A program made the translations under genes and the position numbers. The notes under the pieces are model-generated. The model saw only the letters and a list, made by a program, of their open reading frames with translations, ran no database searches and was not told where the DNA came from. 64,000 nt of DNA from Phyllosticta citribraziliensis (taxonomy: Eukaryota): NCBI RefSeq assembly GCF_038025025.1, contig NW_027117348.1, forward strand, positions 62,001 through 126,000. The letters are read 5' to 3'. Shown one piece after another: positions 60,439-64,000 of this stretch. Numbering within the stretch: the first letter of the stretch is position 1; each line of letters starts with the position of its first letter.

Positions 60439-63400
60439 CTACACCTCCGCCCCCTTGACATCCCGGAACGCAGGCCTCTCGCGCCAACTCCCCCTGACCA
60501 CGTCGTCGCCGATGTCAATACCCCAGCGCAACCCTCCCTGCGCGCCTGCAAGCGGGCGATCCCACTCCTCCACTTCTCCTTCCCCTTCCCCTTCTGCCGC
60601 TGCATCACTGCCATCACTGCCCCCATCCTTCTTCTCTACAACAGGCCACCACCCCAGGCCCGCCCGTCCCCTTGCCAAATCCCCTATACTCCCAAGGCCA
60701 ACCCCCTCCGCCCCCCTCAAGCCCCTCACAAACCGACTCCCCGCCAGCAGACTCGCCGTTGCAGCCACACACCCCGGATCCTTGGGCAAAATGGCGTCAC
60801 TGGGGTAGAACAGCGCGACGCAAACGAAACAAAGCAGCATGAGCGCGAGGAGGGTTTCCAGCGCGATGGTCGAGGCGAGGGATTGGTGGATGCGGGGTTG
60901 GGGGGATGTGAGAGTTGCGGGGAGGGGCGTCGTCGAAGAAGAGGACGAGTTAGGAGAGGAGGAGGAGGAGGGAGAGGCAGAAGCGGCGCGCGCCCACGGC
61001 CGCAGCAGCGTGAGCATGTTCGTCGCGTAGCTCTCATACACCTCTTCCGCGGCGCGCAGCATAAATGCGTCCTGCAGCAGCCTCGTCAGATCGCCTCCGC
61101 CACCATCCGTATCATCATTCTCCGCATAGCTTGCCAGCAGCTCAAAGAAACTCGTACTACTCCCCCGCGTCGGCCACAGCGTCGGCGCGTCCAGCAGCCC
61201 CGGCGTGTCGGTGCTGACGTCGTACTGGTTGAAGTGATCCGTCGCTTTCGTCTTGGCGAGGGGCGCGAGCCAGTACGGCGGGTTGTCGATTTGCTGCGTT
61301 GTGCGGAGGCTGGCGCGGTCGTAGCGGATGGGGTTCCACGACTGTGATGATGCTGTTGAGTTCCCCCCTGAGGTGGACGACCGCCGCGAGTACGTCGCGT
61401 CGACGCGGACGACGCTAAAATTGCTGTAGCACACGGCGGCGCGGATCGTCGGCAGCGACGAGACGTTAAACATGGCGGCCTCGACAGGCACCGTCGTGTT
61501 GCCAAAGTCCGACACGTTGGCGACGTAGCCCTGCGCCGGGCCCAGATCGCCCAGGATGACTTGGTACCCCATGTCGTAGCGCAGGAAGGTCGAGCCCTGG
61601 TAGCGGTTGTGGCGGCCGTCGCAGGACGACTCGGACTGGAAGCGCGATGTGAAGGAGATGTAGCCCGTGCCGGAGTCGGTCATGTTCATGGTCGCGTTGC
61701 AGGCGGCCGTCGCGCAGTGCCCGTAGAAGGTAAAGTAGGGCGAGCCGTCGGAGCAGTTTTGGCGGTAGGCCGACACGCCCACGTCGGCCGACTTGCACGT
61801 CACATCAACAGCAATGGCGGGGACATTGACGGTGACTTCGGCGGCCGCGGAGAGGTCGGAGTCGACGCTGACGCTCGTCAGATTGCTGAAGACGAGGTTG
61901 TCGAGGATGCCGGCCTGCACGGGGATGTTGAAGTCGGGGTACATGGTCCACTCGGTAAACTGCGAGGCCGTCTGGATATTGGCCTGCAGGTCCATGGACA
62001 GATTAGCGGCCATGCGGTCGTAGACGCTGTACGACTGCGCGGCCGTGTCGACGGCCAGCCCAAACGTGTCTTGGACGTGGTCGACAAAGGTCATGTCGAC
62101 CAGCGCGTCGATGCTCTGGCTGCGCTGCACCAGCGCCACGCCGTACAGGCCGGCGGCGACAATCTTGATGGCCGGGATGAACAGAATGACAAACGACGAC
62201 GCCGCCACCGTCAGCCCGAGCCGGTTCTTGACGGCGCGGAACGGCGCCAGGACGCTCGGCGCGCTGCTTAGGGAGGACAGTAGCGGCTGCTTCTTGCCCG
62301 AATACCCGTTCCAGAGGTTCTTGTACGGCGCCATGACACGCACCGCGGCATCGAGCCCGGAAGACGCATAGCCCAAGACGAGAAAGACGACCGTGGGCAC
62401 GAACGCAAAGGCGTCGGACGCGGCGGCCGTGTCGGCGCAAATGCCATCATGTACTTGCGACAAGGCCATGAGAGCAGCGAGGGCCGCCATGACGGCCAGG
62501 GTAGCTGCAATGACGCCCCACTTGGCCCAGAACTGAAGGGCAAGCGGGCGGAAGCCGTCGTGGGAGTAGACGCCGGGCGACTGCGAGGGCACGGCGTTGA
62601 CGGGCTGGTCCTCCTGCTTGGCCGCTTGCAGCATGACGCCGCCGTTGGGGCTGGGCTGCAGACTCCAAATCTTGGACGCGAGCCCGTGCCGCATGTGGCT
62701 CTCGGACGACACGGCCTCGCGGGCAAAGAGTCGCTCGACGGCCTCGGGGGACGACGCCAGCACGACTGCTTGGGCGGCGATGGAGCCGGGGTCCTCGCGG
62801 AGGATCGTCTTGGGGCGGAAGAGGGTGCTCTGCAAGACGCACGCAACGGCAATAGCCAGCAGGAAGGCCTGCAACGCGCGCAGCGATATCTGTCTCAGAA
62901 ACAACTTGGGCCCGTCGGTGCGAATCTTGCCCTCGACGGGGCCTGTCGTATTGGCACGAGCGAGAGAATTGGTGATTTGCGCCATGATGGCGTTAGCCTG
63001 CTGCTCGACAGCACCAGTCAGCCTTTCAGGGTCGCTGAGGAACGATTCAATGTTCAAAGCGACCTCGTTGTCGGTGATGGACGACGTAAAGGGGTCGAGT
63101 TTGTAGTTGGACAAAAAGTAGCTTGCCGCTTCGGTGATGACGCTGAGATTGGCCTGCGGCTCGACGTTGTAAGTGAAGCCGACGTCGTTGAGCGCAAAGA
63201 CCTTTTGGCTGCGGCCGTCCAGGGGGTTGTTGAGATAAATGTACTGCGCAGCCATCGACGTCTGAATGTCGACTGGAGAGGGCGACGCGCCGAGCGTGTA
63301 GTCGAGCACCTCGCCCGTGGACTGATTGACGCGGACCGTCGCGTCTTGGATGGTGAATGAAGACGAGCACATGGCGCTCACCATGGTCGTGTTGAAGGTG

Positions 63401-64000
63401 GTGTCGGAGTCGTCTGCCTGGGTGATGTTTGTTCTCCGGGCGAGGGTCGACACGAGCCGCAGATCCGATTCGTCGTCGCCACAGGCCGTGACGTTGAGCC
63501 ACCCGAGCACAACATCATTGCCATCGGAGCCGGTCGAATACTCCATGACCGTGTCTCGACTGCAATTCAGCTCTGGCTGCTCGCTCGTCTTGGCTGTGAA
63601 GAGCAGCATGTAGGAATTTTCCGGGTCCTCGCCAACAGTCATGTCAATAGGATGGCAACTCCAATTCGGAAAAATGGCCTTGGTTGGCGCCTCCATGGTC
63701 CCATTCTCGGGCATTTGCGACGTATTGGTAAACGACTCGAACACATAGCTGTCCAGCGTCCAAGCCGCAGCCTGGCCATTGGGCAGCTCCTCGGCAACCA
63801 CCGCAGCATACGGCTGCTGGCCTTGAGACGTGTAGGGAATGGCAAGAGAATGATTCGCCGTCTCCAACGCCTCTTCAAACCTAAAGGTGGTGGCCTTGTC
63901 GAAGGTGGCAGGCTGGGTGCTGCTCGCAAACAGATTGACATAGGTGAGCGAGTTGGCCACGGCGACGAGCGCGCCGCAGACGAAGCCAACGACGAGCCCG
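60439..64000 (-). CDS. Large multi-pass membrane protein, DUF3433-like; 5' end beyond the window
   Basis: >1170-aa ORF with repeated TM blocks and twice-repeated LxxDPG(S/C)(I/V)A motifs. Confidence 0.75.
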   Translation of the reverse strand, partial: GLVVGFVCGALVAVANSLTYVNLFASSTQPATFDKATTFRFEEALETANHSLAIPYTSQGQQPYAAVVAEELPNGQAAAWTLDSYVFESFTNTSQMPENGTMEAPTKAIFPNWSCHPIDMTVGEDPENSYMLLFTAKTSEQPELNCSRDTVMEYSTGSDGNDVVLGWLNVTACGDDESDLRLVSTLARRTNITQADDSDTTFNTTMVSAMCSSSFTIQDATVRVNQSTGEVLDYTLGASPSPVDIQTSMAAQYIYLNNPLDGRSQKVFALNDVGFTYNVEPQANLSVITEAASYFLSNYKLDPFTSSITDNEVALNIESFLSDPERLTGAVEQQANAIMAQITNSLARANTTGPVEGKIRTDGPKLFLRQISLRALQAFLLAIAVACVLQSTLFRPKTILREDPGSIAAQAVVLASSPEAVERLFAREAVSSESHMRHGLASKIWSLQPSPNGGVMLQAAKQEDQPVNAVPSQSPGVYSHDGFRPLALQFWAKWGVIAATLAVMAALAALMALSQVHDGICADTAAASDAFAFVPTVVFLVLGYASSGLDAAVRVMAPYKNLWNGYSGKKQPLLSSLSSAPSVLAPFRAVKNRLGLTVAASSFVILFIPAIKIVAAGLYGVALVQRSQSIDALVDMTFVDHVQDTFGLAVDTAAQSYSVYDRMAANLSMDLQANIQTASQFTEWTMYPDFNIPVQAGILDNLVFSNLTSVSVDSDLSAAAEVTVNVPAIAVDVTCKSADVGVSAYRQNCSDGSPYFTFYGHCATAACNATMNMTDSGTGYISFTSRFQSESSCDGRHNRYQGSTFLRYDMGYQVILGDLGPAQGYVANVSDFGNTTVPVEAAMFNVSSLPTIRAAVCYSNFSVVRVDATYSRRSSTSGGNSTASSQSWNPIRYDRASLRTTQQIDNPPYWLAPLAKTKATDHFNQYDVSTDTPGLLDAPTLWPTRGSSTSFFELLASYAENDDTDGGGGDLTRLLQDAFMLRAAEEVYESYATNMLTLLRPWARAASASPSSSSSPNSSSSSTTPLPATLTSPQPRIHQSLASTIALETLLALMLLCFVCVALFYPSDAILPKDPGCVAATASLLAGSRFVRGLRGAEGVGLGSIGDLARGRAGLGWWPVVEKKDGGSDGSDAAAEGEGEGEVEEWDRPLAGAQGGLRWGIDIGDDVVRGSWRERPAFRDVKGAEV

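Noticed and set aside
58877..63360. Several long + strand ORFs
   Set aside because: Shadows of the GC3-rich SDR and DUF3433 genes
60439..64000. Possible Starship captain gene
   Set aside because: It is a multi-TM DUF3433-like protein, not a DUF3435 tyrosine recombinase; no recombinase motifs seen
1..64000. Intact transposon or AT-rich RIP block
   Set aside because: No LTR/TIR pairs, transposase ORFs or AT-rich tracts seen by eye

Overview
Filamentous-ascomycete genomic DNA: short GT..CTRAC..YAG introns, intron-containing tRNAs, Pezizomycotina-type gene content; Dothideomycete affinity is a guess. The left ~47 kb looks accessory and is dominated by ubiquitin-ligase-type genes. It holds two tandem F-box/LRR-like paralogs (one with an in-frame TAA), three tandem C3HC4 RING genes with a shared N-terminal domain, and a 16-kb head-to-tail array of eight 3-exon F-box genes (6 intact, 1 frameshifted pseudogene, 1 lacking its F-box exon). 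The eight share conserved intron positions, an unassigned C-terminal domain and upstream cis-motifs (GTCACGTGCC E-box and ACAGCACCGGAGCCG). Array spacers contain short fragments resembling unrelated genes (RAD3/XPD, DUF6604). A 19-aa CAAX lipopeptide (a-factor-like) pheromone ORF, not listed on its own in the ORF track, lies at 848-907 with a TATA box and two HMG-box (TR-box-like) sites. Also present: a pair of CxH-x22-CxxC orphan proteins, an S8/PA subtilisin, a C2HC zinc-finger protein, a probable spliced micro-ORF transcript, tRNA-Thr(CGT), tRNA-Ala(CGC), an HsbA-like secreted protein, two PMP3 genes, an SDR and a partial DUF3433 gene. All family assignments are by-eye motif recognition; no searches were run.
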